Below, in pieces: positions 54,249 to 64,000 of a stretch of DNA of 64,000 nucleotides. Origin of the DNA: Candidatus Woesebacteria bacterium UBA5941 (GTDB lineage: Bacteria > Patescibacteriota > Microgenomatia > UBA8517); the NCBI GenBank assembly GCA_002430735.1, contig DJCV01000017.1:17238-81237 (forward strand). The letters are read 5' to 3'. Numbering within the stretch: position 1 is the first letter of the stretch; each line of letters opens with the position of its first letter. The notes beneath the pieces are model-generated. The model searched no databases. It was given only the letters and a program-made list of their open reading frames with translations, and had not been told where the DNA came from. The position numbers and the translations under genes were made by a program.

Positions 54249-56081
54249 ATGAAAAAGCAGAAAAAAGTTGAATTCAGATTGAAAATCAATTTAGGGCGCG
54301 TGATCCTCGGCGGTTTTATTATCCTCTTCCTCCTTCCATTCGTACTCACATTTTTCCAAGACGATTTTGGATCAACCAAGATCGATGTGTCTCAAGCCCT
54401 CGAAGATATTAAATCTGACAAAGTGAAGAAAGTTCAGATTGCTGATGATCGACTAACGCTTGAGTACAACGATGGGAGTAAGAGAACAACTCTCAAAGAA
54501 AGCAGTATCAGTTTCCCTGAATTATTAGACCGAGCAAATATCGATCCAGAGAATGTTCAGTACGATATTACTGACCAATCAATGAGTAAGCTTGTTTCTG
54601 ATCTCATTGGAATTCTTCTTCCGCTCGTATTTATGGCAGCACTCTTTTTCTTCCTTCTTCGTGCTCAATCAAAAGGTGCTCAAGACATTTTTAGCTTTGG
54701 ACGGAGCAAAGCAAAGCTCTTTGCAAAAGGAAAACAGTCAGTCACATTTGCTGATGTCGCAGGAGTTGATGATGCTAAAAAAGAATTAGAAGAAATTGTG
54801 GATTTTCTAAAAAACCCTGCAAAGTATCGAAAGATTGGTGCACGCACACCAAAGGGAGTACTTCTTGTTGGACCAGCGGGAGTTGGAAAAACCCTCTTAG
54901 CTCGTGCAGTTGCTGGAGAGGCGGGAGTTTCATTTTTCAGTATGGCTGGAAGTGAATTTATGGAAATGCTTGTAGGGGTTGGTGCCTCTCGTGTACGCGA
55001 TTTATTCGCAACAGCGAAATCTCAAGCGCCCGCTATTATCTTTATTGACGAAATCGATGCAATTGGAAGACAACGTGGTCGTGGTGTAATGGGGGGGCAC
55101 GATGAACGTGAGCAAACATTGAATCAGATCTTAGTCGAGATGGATGGATTTAATCCAAATGACAATGTCATCGTGATTGCCGCAACCAATAGAGGAGATC
55201 TTTTGGATCCAGCTCTCTTGCGACCTGGCCGCTTCGATCGTCGGGTAGTACTTGATATGCCAGACAAAGATGGTCGATTGGCAATTCTTAAGATTCATGC
55301 GAATGGCAAGCAATTTGAGAAAGATATTAATTGGGGTCGTGTAGCAGATCGAACTGTCGGGTTCTCAGGAGCTGATCTTGAAAACGTTTTAAACGAAGCG
55401 GCAATCATTGCAGCACGCGACAATGAAAATAATATCAATATGAATGATATTGAAGAGGCAGCAACAAAAGTGAAGCTCGGTCCCGCAAAGCGACGCCTGC
55501 AACGAGAAGAGGATCGAAAGATTACTGCATACCATGAAGCCGGTCACGCGATAGTCACTCATTTCTTGGCAGGAATGGATCCAGTACATAGAATTTCAAT
55601 CGTCGCGCGCGGTATGAGTCTTGGACACACCTTAATTCCACCTGCAGCTGATCGAACACACGAAACCAAATCTCGATTACTTGACCAAATCGCTGCAATG
55701 CTTGGTGGTCGTGCTGCAGAAGAGGTTGTGTACAACGAGATGACAGCAGGGGCAAGTAATGACATCGAACACGCAACCGCTCTTGCGCGTGCAATGGTTA
55801 CCGACTTTGGCATGAGCGAGTTAGGTCCAGTAAACTTTGATCCATCTTCTGATTCAGAAACTCCATGGGCTCAAGCACAAGTCTCACCTGCGATGCAAGA
55901 GAAAATTGATAAAGAAGTGCAAAAAATCATATTAACTGGTCGTGAGAAGGCAATTGAGCTCGTTAAAAAACATCGTAAAGAGCTTGATGCAGTCTCGAAC
56001 GCATTGCTTGAAAAAGAAACACTCGATCGCGATGAATTTGAGGAATTAGTTGACAAAAAACCTAAAGCAAAGACTGAATAA
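54249..56081 (+). CDS. ftsH: ATP-dependent zinc metalloprotease FtsH
   Basis: Two TMs, [43 protein letters not shown]. Confidence 0.97.
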   Translation: MKKQKKVEFRLKINLGRVILGGFIILFLLPFVLTFFQDDFGSTKIDVSQALEDIKSDKVKKVQIADDRLTLEYNDGSKRTTLKESSISFPELLDRANIDPENVQYDITDQSMSKLVSDLIGILLPLVFMAALFFFLLRAQSKGAQDIFSFGRSKAKLFAKGKQSVTFADVAGVDDAKKELEEIVDFLKNPAKYRKIGARTPKGVLLVGPAGVGKTLLARAVAGEAGVSFFSMAGSEFMEMLVGVGASRVRDLFATAKSQAPAIIFIDEIDAIGRQRGRGVMGGHDEREQTLNQILVEMDGFNPNDNVIVIAATNRGDLLDPALLRPGRFDRRVVLDMPDKDGRLAILKIHANGKQFEKDINWGRVADRTVGFSGADLENVLNEAAIIAARDNENNINMNDIEEAATKVKLGPAKRRLQREEDRKITAYHEAGHAIVTHFLAGMDPVHRISIVARGMSLGHTLIPPAADRTHETKSRLLDQIAAMLGGRAAEEVVYNEMTAGASNDIEHATALARAMVTDFGMSELGPVNFDPSSDSETPWAQAQVSPAMQEKIDKEVQKIILTGREKAIELVKKHRKELDAVSNALLEKETLDRDEFEELVDKKPKAKTE

Positions 56082-56089
56082 TACCCTTC

Positions 56090-56998
56090 ATGAGCCGTTT
56101 TATTATTGTTGACGGAAACGCAATTCTACACCGTGCGTATCATGCACTCCCTCCATTAAAGACCAAGAAAGGCGAACCAATTAATGCCGTATATGGGATG
56201 ATTAGTATGTCCCTGAAAATTATTGAAGAATTTAAACCCACCCACTTCACCTTTGCATTCGATACAAAGGAACCAACCTTTAGAAATAAATTAAGCGTTG
56301 AGTATCAAGCACAACGAGCTGAAGTAGATTCTGACTTAGTATCACAATTTGCGAGAGCACGGGAAACCTTGACTGCATTTAATTTTTGCTACTTTGAGAA
56401 ATCAGGATTTGAAGCGGATGATGTTATTGGAACAATAGTTACAATCGTTTCTAAAATGGATGCATTCTCAGAAATTATTGTTGCAACCGGGGATCGCGAT
56501 TTATTGCAGTTAGTGAGTGATAAAGTTTCATTATTTATGCCTTCGGTTGGGGTGGCTTCAGGCAAAAAATTTGGACGAGAAGAAACCAAAGAAAAGATGG
56601 GGGTATATCCAGAACATATTGTTGATTATAAAGCGCTCGTCGGAGACCCTTCTGATAACTACAAAGGTGTTCCAGGAATTGGCCCAAAAACGGCTATTAG
56701 TCTTATTCACGAATTCGGTTCTTTGGATACTATGCTTTCACATATTGAATCTCTGCCAAAGAAAGTACAAGAAAAATTAACTCTCCATCGCGAATCAGCG
56801 CTTTTGTCCCAAAAACTCGCAACAATTGTTCGCGATGTACCACTTCCTGAATTTAAAATAGATGACTGCAATAAGTGGCACCTTGATAATCCTCAAGGAG
56901 TGGCGCTCTTTGAAGAATTTGGATTTAAAACGCTCACTGCTCGTGTGAAGCAAGCTGCGAAAAGTATTCTTTCAGAAAACCAACTTAGGCTATTATGA
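56090..56998 (+). CDS. Stand-alone 5'-3' exonuclease/flap endonuclease (PolA N-terminal domain type)
   Basis: VDGNAILHRAYHA, EADDVIGT, TGDRDLLQL, LVGDPSDNYKGVPGIGPKTA; ends at 302 aa. Confidence 0.92.
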   Translation: MSRFIIVDGNAILHRAYHALPPLKTKKGEPINAVYGMISMSLKIIEEFKPTHFTFAFDTKEPTFRNKLSVEYQAQRAEVDSDLVSQFARARETLTAFNFCYFEKSGFEADDVIGTIVTIVSKMDAFSEIIVATGDRDLLQLVSDKVSLFMPSVGVASGKKFGREETKEKMGVYPEHIVDYKALVGDPSDNYKGVPGIGPKTAISLIHEFGSLDTMLSHIESLPKKVQEKLTLHRESALLSQKLATIVRDVPLPEFKIDDCNKWHLDNPQGVALFEEFGFKTLTARVKQAAKSILSENQLRLL

Positions 56999-58119
56999 AA
57001 GGAATGAAAGTTGCATTAGTGCATGATTACATTAAAGATGCGGGAGGCGCGGAGCGCGTACTTCGAACCCTGAGCGATCTTTATCCAGATGCCCCCATTT
57101 ACACCGCCTTTCGTGTGAAAAATTCTCCCGCTGATCAATTGTTTACTGACCGCGTGATATACGAAAGCGCTCTTGCTCCCATATTGCGACCGTGGAGATT
57201 GTACAGCCCGTTACGATTTTTAATGCCATGGATTTGGGGAAGCATTAATTTATCTGCATATGACGTGGTTATAACCTCTTGTTCAAATTATTTTGCAAAA
57301 GGGTTTAGAGTAGGTGAGAATACAAAAGTTATTGCATATTGTCATACCCCTCCACGGTTTTTGTATGGGTTTAAAACCGGGATTGATTGGCGCAAAAATA
57401 TATTTGTTAGGGCATATGGCGAAATAATCTCTCACTTTTTGCGCATCTACGATTACAATGTTTCTCAAAAAATAACTCACTGGATCGCAAATTCACAAAA
57501 CGTGCAAACACGAATCAGAAAATTTTATCGAAAAGAAGCAACTGTGATATATCCACCGGTTGACGTTCAAACTATTATTAAAGCCTCCAAAAAAGTAAAG
57601 CGCCAAGAGTTCTTTTTGATCGCCGCACGACTTGTCGGATCTAAGGGAATTATGGATGCAATTGTTGCCGCAAATGAATTGCATATTCCCCTTACTATTG
57701 TCGGGAAAGCGGATGGCTTTACCAGTGTAGAGTCTCAACTCAAGGCAATTGGTGGAGAACATGTCACGTTCTTGGGGAGGGTAAGCGACAGTGAGTTGTG
57801 GAAACTCTACGCGCAAGCAAAAGGGTTTATTGCGCTTGCGAAGGATGAGGACTTTGGAATGACTGTTGTAGAAGCGCAAGCTGCTGGTACGCCAGTGATC
57901 GCGTTTAATGGAGGAGGATTTAAGGAGTCTGTGATTCACGGAAAGACGGGTATTTTAATCGATAAAACGGATAAAAAGACACTCGAAGAAGCATTTACTC
58001 GATTTAACAAAACGAAGTGGGATGCTGCAGTCATTCAGAAAAATGCGTTGCGCTTTTCAAAAGAAACATTTGCAGACCGTTTCACTAAATACCTTACATC
58101 AGTATGGCAAGCCAAATAA
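56995..58119 (+). CDS. GT4 glycosyltransferase
   Basis: VALVHDY..GGAERV, YCHTP.R, IYPPV, EDFGMTVVEAQAAGTPVIA. Confidence 0.92.
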   Translation: MKGMKVALVHDYIKDAGGAERVLRTLSDLYPDAPIYTAFRVKNSPADQLFTDRVIYESALAPILRPWRLYSPLRFLMPWIWGSINLSAYDVVITSCSNYFAKGFRVGENTKVIAYCHTPPRFLYGFKTGIDWRKNIFVRAYGEIISHFLRIYDYNVSQKITHWIANSQNVQTRIRKFYRKEATVIYPPVDVQTIIKASKKVKRQEFFLIAARLVGSKGIMDAIVAANELHIPLTIVGKADGFTSVESQLKAIGGEHVTFLGRVSDSELWKLYAQAKGFIALAKDEDFGMTVVEAQAAGTPVIAFNGGGFKESVIHGKTGILIDKTDKKTLEEAFTRFNKTKWDAAVIQKNALRFSKETFADRFTKYLTSVWQAK

Positions 58120-58703
58120 CTCACATCGTCTATGGAAAGAAAATTTTCGACCGAATTGGAGGTCATGATTGGCATGATTTCGTGATTGGTACAGTGTTCC
58201 CAGATATACGATACATTGCAAAGCTTAAAAGAGATGATACACACATATATAACACCTCAGAAGACCAGATTCCTCGTAACAACTCGTTTAACGCAGGATT
58301 TTACACACACTGCTTTGTTGATGAGAAGAGAGAGTCTTTGCTTGCTTCGTATGGCCTGTACAACTTGATTCCGCGGGATTACTTACATGTGACTGCAGTA
58401 AAATTACTCGAAGACACGATTACGTATCCATTGTTTAACGATTGGAAGTCTATTTGCCAGATACTAAAAGATATCTCAGAAGAAGAGAAGACATATGGAG
58501 TCTCGCATGAAGTTATTCGTGGGTGGCATGATGAACTTAGTAATTATATGGAGAAGGGCCCCAGTGAGGAATTGTGGGAATCGCTATTAACAGATATTGA
58601 GATACCGTCTGTCACTGCAAAGCAAATTGCCACTCTTGCGAGTTCGTTTACGGCAGAAGAGAAAATATGTGACATGATACGAGAAGTGTATAAAGCAATA
58701 TAA
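58104..58703 (+). CDS. Hypothetical protein, Zn-dependent phospholipase C-like metal-binding pattern
   Basis: ITH, G.VFPDIR, TH, GFYTH..VD. Confidence 0.6.
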   Translation: MASQITHIVYGKKIFDRIGGHDWHDFVIGTVFPDIRYIAKLKRDDTHIYNTSEDQIPRNNSFNAGFYTHCFVDEKRESLLASYGLYNLIPRDYLHVTAVKLLEDTITYPLFNDWKSICQILKDISEEEKTYGVSHEVIRGWHDELSNYMEKGPSEELWESLLTDIEIPSVTAKQIATLASSFTAEEKICDMIREVYKAI

Positions 58704-59552
58704 ATGCCAGAACTTCCTGAAGTTGAATCAATACGAACACAGCTTGAAATGTTTCTCGAGGGGCATTCAATCCTTTCTGTAGAAAAAACTGATCCGAAGA
58801 TTTTTCAGGGAAATCCACCGGACATAGAAGGATCACAGTTTACTTCTGTTCGTCGCTTTGGAAAAGTCTTAATTATCGATTTAGATAACGATTTTTCGAT
58901 CATGATTCACGTAAAGCTAACAGGGCAGCTTATTTATCGCGGTCCTAACTTACCGAATCCTCGTGAGTTATCAAAGAAAGTTGCAGGAGGTGTGCCAGGG
59001 AGACACACACATGTTATTTTTAAACTCAATAACGGAGGATATTTATACTACAACGATTATCGTAAGTTCGGATGGGTGAAAGTTATTCGTACGGCGGACA
59101 GTGATTCGACTGGCATTGTCGGAAAAATGGGACCGGAACCATTCTCAACATTAACACTCGAAAAGTTTAGAGCAATTCTCGGAAAGACAAAGCGCCCAAT
59201 AAAAGTAACACTGATGGATCAAGAGCGCATGAGTGGAGTCGGGAATATTTATGCCAACGACGCGCTCTACATCTCAAAGATAAATCCAAAACGCCAATCT
59301 AGTGGATTAACCTATGAAGAACAAGAAGTGCTTTATAATTCTATCCTCTCTGTACTTGAGAAGGGAATGAAATACGGTGGAGCGAGTGAGCTGGCGTTCG
59401 TGACTCCTGATGGCCAGGAAGGAACATATCAAATGCATACCAGAGTGTATAACCACACCGGTGAGACCTGTGTTCAATGTAAAAAAGGAGTGATCGAGAA
59501 ATATATGCTTGGCGGGCGGGGAACGTATGTCTGTCCAATTTGCCAAGCCTAG
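58704..59552 (+). CDS. mutM: Formamidopyrimidine-DNA glycosylase
   Basis: MPELPEVE, RRFGK, DYRKFG, GPEP, GVGNIYA, C-terminal Zn finger GRGTYVCPICQ. Confidence 0.96.
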   Translation: MPELPEVESIRTQLEMFLEGHSILSVEKTDPKIFQGNPPDIEGSQFTSVRRFGKVLIIDLDNDFSIMIHVKLTGQLIYRGPNLPNPRELSKKVAGGVPGRHTHVIFKLNNGGYLYYNDYRKFGWVKVIRTADSDSTGIVGKMGPEPFSTLTLEKFRAILGKTKRPIKVTLMDQERMSGVGNIYANDALYISKINPKRQSSGLTYEEQEVLYNSILSVLEKGMKYGGASELAFVTPDGQEGTYQMHTRVYNHTGETCVQCKKGVIEKYMLGGRGTYVCPICQA

Positions 59553-59567
59553 ATGATATGATGCTTC

Positions 59568-60632
59568 ATGGTAACTAAGCTCGCATTACAGAACTTCAGG
59601 AGTTTTACGGAATCGGTTTTCTCCTTCTCAAATCAAACAGTGTTCGTCGGAGAAAATGGTGTAGGGAAGACGAATGTTTTAGAAGCACTCACATTACTTT
59701 CAACCGGTAAAAGTATGCGCACAACGAAATCCGAGGAAATCATTCATCAAGGAAAAGAAGTAGCTCGTATTAAAGCAAAAATTGTTTCTGATGAGGAAAC
59801 GGAAGTTTTTGAAGTAGTCCTTACGAAAGGATTCTTAGAAGAAGGAGGATTACCCAAAAATACTCCACGAAAAAGACTCCTTATTGATAACACTCCAAAA
59901 CGAAGTGTGGACTATGCAGGAAAGTTTAAAACAGTACTTTTTCAGCCTCAAGACATGGAGCTGATTAATGCATCTCCTTCGATTAGAAGAGCTTTTTTGG
60001 ACACGGTTCTTACTCAGACCGATAGACAGTATAGAAGAGCGCTTTTGTCATACGAAAAAGGCCTTCGTCAGAGAAATAAACTCCTGTGGAAATTACGGGA
60101 GCTGGGCGGGTCTCGAACCACGCTCTATTTCTGGGATAAGTTACTGATCAAGGAAGGAAATTACATCAGCGATAAACGCTATGAATTTATCACCTTTCTA
60201 AATGAGCATGCTGAATTTGGTGGGAATATCTATAAAGCTCAGTATGATAAAAGCGCGATTTCTGAAAGCAGACTTAAGCAGTATGAACGGGAAGAAGTGC
60301 AAGCTGGAGTAACGCTTGTAGGCCCACATCGGGATGACATGCTTTTTTATTCTGAAGACAAAGAATTTGAAGAAGGGAAGGACCTTTCTCACTATGGGAG
60401 CCGCGGAGAACAGCGCATGGGAGTTTTGTGGGCAAAGTTAAATGAGTTGGAATACATCGCACACACAACTGGTGACAGACCAACGCTCTTGCTTGATGAT
60501 ATTTTTTCAGAGCTTGATCACAAACATCGACAGCTGGTGTATGAAGCAAGTTTAAAGCAGCAAACCATCTTTACCACCGCAGATCCACACTATATTACTG
60601 AATTTTCCGGTATTGACAAAATACAGTTATAG
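59568..60632 (+). CDS. recF: DNA replication and repair protein RecF
   Basis: QNFRS, GENGVGKTN, RR.FLD, QRN, GPHRDD, GSRGEQR, LLLDDIFSELD. Confidence 0.95.
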   Translation: MVTKLALQNFRSFTESVFSFSNQTVFVGENGVGKTNVLEALTLLSTGKSMRTTKSEEIIHQGKEVARIKAKIVSDEETEVFEVVLTKGFLEEGGLPKNTPRKRLLIDNTPKRSVDYAGKFKTVLFQPQDMELINASPSIRRAFLDTVLTQTDRQYRRALLSYEKGLRQRNKLLWKLRELGGSRTTLYFWDKLLIKEGNYISDKRYEFITFLNEHAEFGGNIYKAQYDKSAISESRLKQYEREEVQAGVTLVGPHRDDMLFYSEDKEFEEGKDLSHYGSRGEQRMGVLWAKLNELEYIAHTTGDRPTLLLDDIFSELDHKHRQLVYEASLKQQTIFTTADPHYITEFSGIDKIQL

Positions 60633-60646
60633 GGTGAGAATTAATC

Positions 60647-60976
60647 ATGTCATTAGAGCATGATCGCGAAGGGCAAGAACCAGATTATCTCGTCAGCAAA
60701 TTTCCAGCAGATGACGTGGTGACAGGTGCAGGGTACGAACAACCCTTGACTCCATATCATTCACCAGTTATCCGCCGAGAAAAAGAAGTCGAAGAACCCG
60801 AACCCGTTCAGGTCTCTCAATCAGATCAAGAATTGCTTCGAATGGCTGAAGACGACGAAGAAACAAGACCCACACCTGTCGTACCTACTGATTCTCGCCC
60901 TGCATGGCTTGATGAAAAAAAAGCATCGACACATCCTCCTCACAGTGTTGCGACAGCAAGTGCATACGATAAATAA
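60647..60976 (+). CDS. Acidic Pro-rich disordered hypothetical protein
   Basis: 109 aa low-complexity ORF filling the recF-nnrD gap. Confidence 0.6.
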   Translation: MSLEHDREGQEPDYLVSKFPADDVVTGAGYEQPLTPYHSPVIRREKEVEEPEPVQVSQSDQELLRMAEDDEETRPTPVVPTDSRPAWLDEKKASTHPPHSVATASAYDK

Positions 60977-60981
60977 CTTCT

Positions 60982-61863
60982 ATGGAATATTTCTCATCGA
61001 AAGAGCTTAAAAAGCTTACACAACCTCAGTCTGCTTCAAATGGGGAAGACAATGGACAGGTGACGATTATCGGTGGATCAAGTCTTTTCAAAGGTGCGCC
61101 TTTGTTTTCATTAAAAGCAGCCTCAAGGATTGTTGATATGGTGTATTTCAGTTCTCCCGAACCAACTCTAGAGAAGGTCGCGGCATATATGCAAGCTGAT
61201 TTGCCAAGTTTTATTTGGGTCCCTTTTGAAGAGGTTGAAAAATACATTGAAAAAAGTGACGCTATTCTTATTGGACCCGGATTTCTCCGGTTTAGCAGTG
61301 AGTATTCAGAAGCCAAAGAGCGGATGGAGCTCTGCGATGAAGAATGCCAAAAGACTCGGGATATTACCAAAACACTTCTTGAGAAATTTGCTCACAAAAA
61401 ATGGGTCGTTGATGCGGGAAGTTTGCAAACTATTGATCCAGCCTGGCTTCCAAAGAATGCAATAGTAACGCCTAACAAAAAAGAATTCTTCATGCTCTTT
61501 GGTGAAAAGCTTGAGATGGGAGAGACCATTAGCGAGGAAGTCGCAGCAACAGTACAAGCTCAGGCTACAAAACATGATTGTATTATTGTTGTTAAGGGAC
61601 CAGAGACTGTTGTTGCTTCGAAAGATAAAGTTGTTGTGGTCAAAGGAGGTAATGCAGGTTTAACAAAAGGTGGTTCCGGTGACACGCAAGCGGGCTTAAC
61701 TGCGGCACTATTAGCAAAAAATGAACCATTTTTTGCTGCAGCGAGCGCTGCTTATTTGATTAAGGCTTCTGCTGACGAGATTCATAAAAGAGTGGGTGTT
61801 TACTATAATGCAACTGATGTAGCCGAAGAGATACCTCGTGTTCTTGCTTCATATCAAAAGTAA
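60982..61863 (+). CDS. nnrD: ADP/ATP-dependent NAD(P)H-hydrate dehydratase
   Basis: NGQVTIIGGS, GAP, IGPG, VVDA, TPN..E, VKG, GNAGLTKGGSGD. Confidence 0.88.
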   Translation: MEYFSSKELKKLTQPQSASNGEDNGQVTIIGGSSLFKGAPLFSLKAASRIVDMVYFSSPEPTLEKVAAYMQADLPSFIWVPFEEVEKYIEKSDAILIGPGFLRFSSEYSEAKERMELCDEECQKTRDITKTLLEKFAHKKWVVDAGSLQTIDPAWLPKNAIVTPNKKEFFMLFGEKLEMGETISEEVAATVQAQATKHDCIIVVKGPETVVASKDKVVVVKGGNAGLTKGGSGDTQAGLTAALLAKNEPFFAAASAAYLIKASADEIHKRVGVYYNATDVAEEIPRVLASYQK

Positions 61864-61902
61864 AGCGTTGTTTTTTCCGCAAGTTTTGCGTATATTAACT
61901 CC

Positions 61903-62964
61903 ATGTACGCTCCAAAGTTTTCTATCACCAACAAAATGGTTCGTTTCTTAGGCGCAGTTGAAGCTGCTAAAGAAGTGATTGAGAATGCACCACTTGTCCC
62001 TGATTATGAGAAACAGTTCATGAAGGACGCAATTGTGAGAACGGTATACCACGGGACTCACATTGAAGGGAATGACTTAACCATGTCTCAAACGAAGCAG
62101 ATTCTCGAAGGTGCAACAGTGATTGCTCAGAATCGTGATGTGCAAGAGGTCATTAATTATCGACGTGCAGTTAATATTATCGATGAACTCGCAGAAAAAC
62201 GAGGAGGATATGATACTGATTCACTGCGAGATATCCATGCTGCCATTGTTTATAACATTGTGCCACCAGAGAAGGCAGGATTTTTTCGTACCACTCAAGT
62301 TGTGATTCGTGAGGAGGAGACAGGAAAAGTAATCTTAACGCCGCCAGCAGCTTTCCAGGTACCATTTCTTTTGGATGAATTCTTCACTTGGTTAAATGAC
62401 CCAATTTCATTGGATATCCATCCTGTTATTCGTGCAGCAATTGTGCACTACGTCCTTGTAAGCATTCATCCATTTATTGAAGGAAATGGGCGTGCAACTC
62501 GAGCATTCGCAAACCTTGTTATGCATAAAGAAGGCTATGATGTAAAACGATTTTTCTCAATCGAGGAGCACTTTGATGTAGACCTGAATGCATACTACGA
62601 TGCATTTTTCCAAGTAGATAGTCAAAGCGAAGATATTGCTTCCCGTGATTTAACAACCTGGGTTGAATATTTTTCAGAAGTAGTCGCGATCGAACTAACT
62701 CGCATTAAAGAAAATGTGAGAAAGCTTTCAATAGATGCTCGTATGAAAGTAAAAATCGGAGAGCAGGTTGCGCTTTCTCAGCGGCAAATGAAATTAATTG
62801 AATATCTGTCTGAGAATGGACGAGGTGTCATGAAAGACTTGAAACAGCTCTTTCCAATGGTTTCAGATGACACGGTCTTACGAGACCTCACAGCGCTTGT
62901 GAAAAAGGGTATTATAGAAAAGGAGGGTACAACGAAAGCCTCCTCATATATACTGAAAGCATGA
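61903..62964 (+). CDS. Fic family protein with N-terminal inhibitory motif and C-terminal HTH
   Basis: GTHIEGN, HPFIEGNGRATR, VSDDTVLRDL..LV..G.I.KEG. Confidence 0.92.
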   Translation: MYAPKFSITNKMVRFLGAVEAAKEVIENAPLVPDYEKQFMKDAIVRTVYHGTHIEGNDLTMSQTKQILEGATVIAQNRDVQEVINYRRAVNIIDELAEKRGGYDTDSLRDIHAAIVYNIVPPEKAGFFRTTQVVIREEETGKVILTPPAAFQVPFLLDEFFTWLNDPISLDIHPVIRAAIVHYVLVSIHPFIEGNGRATRAFANLVMHKEGYDVKRFFSIEEHFDVDLNAYYDAFFQVDSQSEDIASRDLTTWVEYFSEVVAIELTRIKENVRKLSIDARMKVKIGEQVALSQRQMKLIEYLSENGRGVMKDLKQLFPMVSDDTVLRDLTALVKKGIIEKEGTTKASSYILKA

Positions 62965-63164
62965 TTCCTACTGACCCGCAATTTTTGTACATGGTCCTTG
63001 TGTTGCCCACCTTGTTTGGGTTAACACTCGTCGGTGAGGGGATTTATAAAGTGATCCATGCTGAGTGGCATGGCTTAGTGAGTTTAATTTTTGGGATCAT
63101 TTTTATCGCAGTTGTCATTTTTGCCTATATTTTCTTCTCAACCTACCTCTCAACGCACGTGTAA
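62961..63164 (+). CDS. Small two-TM membrane protein
   Basis: 67 aa; TATACT 6 nt before ATG. Confidence 0.65.
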   Translation: MIPTDPQFLYMVLVLPTLFGLTLVGEGIYKVIHAEWHGLVSLIFGIIFIAVVIFAYIFFSTYLSTHV

Positions 63165-63179
63165 GGTACAATTGAGGAC

Positions 63180-64000
63180 ATGAAATTCTCAGAATTCACG
63201 TCATATCTTACCTCCCTTCAAGAAGTATCCTCTCGAATTGAAATCACAAAGCTTTTAAGCACTTTGTTTGAGAAGCTTCCTGTTACTGAGATACGAGAAG
63301 GAAGTTATTTACTCACAGGGTCTGTTGGACCGCTTTATTCAGGGCTTATTTTTAATGTTGCTGAAAAAATGATCTTGAGGGCAATGTCCGAAGCATACGA
63401 TACGGAACTTGCAGCAGTAACGGCTCAATACAAACAGTTAGGGGATTTAGGGCTTACTGCTCACTATTATGCAAAATCAAAAAAGACGAACACAGAAAAG
63501 TCAGTCCATGACGTCTTTACCCACTTAATTGAACTCACGAAAGAATCAGGAGAAGGGAGCCAAGAAAAGAGAATTCAATTAATTGCTTCATTTTTGAAAA
63601 CAAGTGCTCCTTCTGAGGCGCTTTACTACATTCGAATATTGACTGGAAATGTTCGGCTCGGTTTCTCAGAGAAGACAATGATCGATGCATTATCTTGGAT
63701 GGAGACTGGAGATAAATCGGCGAGTGCAGGGATCGGGAAAGCTTTTGAAGTAATTCCTGATATTGGAGAAATTGCATATCGAGTTAAAAAGGATGGAAGT
63801 CAGTCTCTCACTAAGCATTTAGTACCCGTTGTCGGGATTCCCGTTATGCCAATGCTCTGTCAGCGTTTAAAAAGTCCAGCTGAGATGGTTGCAAAAATGG
63901 GAGAAGTTTCAGTTGAGCCAAAGTTTGATGGATTGCGTGTTCTGATTCACTACAGCAAATCCAAAAATATTTTGAAATGCTTCACCCGCAATTTGAAGGA
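63180..64000 (+). CDS. ATP-dependent DNA ligase, archaeal/eukaryotic-type with N-terminal DNA-binding domain (runs off window; not in ORF track)
   Basis: Manual translation MKFSEF..SSRIEIT..LGDLG..RLG..PMLCQRL..EPKFDGLRV (motif I KxDGxR)..FTRN. Confidence 0.92.
   Translation, partial: MKFSEFTSYLTSLQEVSSRIEITKLLSTLFEKLPVTEIREGSYLLTGSVGPLYSGLIFNVAEKMILRAMSEAYDTELAAVTAQYKQLGDLGLTAHYYAKSKKTNTEKSVHDVFTHLIELTKESGEGSQEKRIQLIASFLKTSAPSEALYYIRILTGNVRLGFSEKTMIDALSWMETGDKSASAGIGKAFEVIPDIGEIAYRVKKDGSQSLTKHLVPVVGIPVMPMLCQRLKSPAEMVAKMGEVSVEPKFDGLRVLIHYSKSKNILKCFTRNLK

Noticed and set aside
61903-62964. Fic protein as a novel toxin system
   Set aside because: Canonical self-inhibited Fic plus HTH architecture, which is widespread.
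1872-63777. Numerous 60-180 aa antisense or alternate-frame ORFs in the track
   Set aside because: They are shadows of well-supported genes, with no motifs or expression signals.
1-64000. CRISPR array, retron/DGR, IS elements, rRNA
   Set aside because: No regularly spaced repeats, RT motifs, transposase ORFs or rRNA-like stretches seen by eye; intergenic gaps are short.

Overview
64 kb of compact, housekeeping-dominated bacterial chromosome read in standard code 11. Gene content suggests a Patescibacteria/CPR organism, probably Microgenomates; this is an inference from archaeal-type TPI, ATP-dependent ligase, a stand-alone VirD4/TraG-like ATPase, Gmad2 and DUF5667 proteins, and cluster-less MutY. 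Main blocks: (i) transport, stress and hypothetical genes (1-21 kb) with pyk, nfi, ung, mutY, MacAB-type ABC and NRAMP; (ii) a central-carbon cluster (tpiA, rpiB, pgk, gap, rpe, LOG, split transketolase, two class I aldolases, PfkB kinase, 2-hydroxyacid dehydrogenase); (iii) a beta-lactamase-fold protein and two class A PBPs; (iv) an RnlA-like HEPN gene, CAAX protease and DUF5667; (v) nrdR-nrdJ-pduO; (vi) a T4SS-like ATPase, tRNA-Ile(UAU), a Xer-like recombinase, divIC and two tRNA-Met; (vii) trpS, ftsH, 5'-3' exonuclease, mutM, recF, nnrD, Fic and a partial ATP-dependent ligase. I saw no CRISPR array, rRNA, transposase, reverse transcriptase or prophage. Most notable: a tRNA-Ile with a UAU anticodon; a degenerate initiator-like tRNA-Met; pervasive leaderless-type promoters (-10 box 5-8 nt before the start codon) contrasting with self-contained ORFan cassettes (promoter, strong SD, own terminator); a dif-like palindrome directly upstream of the Xer-like gene; an orphan RnlA-type HEPN domain coupled to an Abi/CAAX protease; and a DhnA-type aldolase lacking its Schiff-base lysine. 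Family calls come from motif recognition by eye, not database searches.
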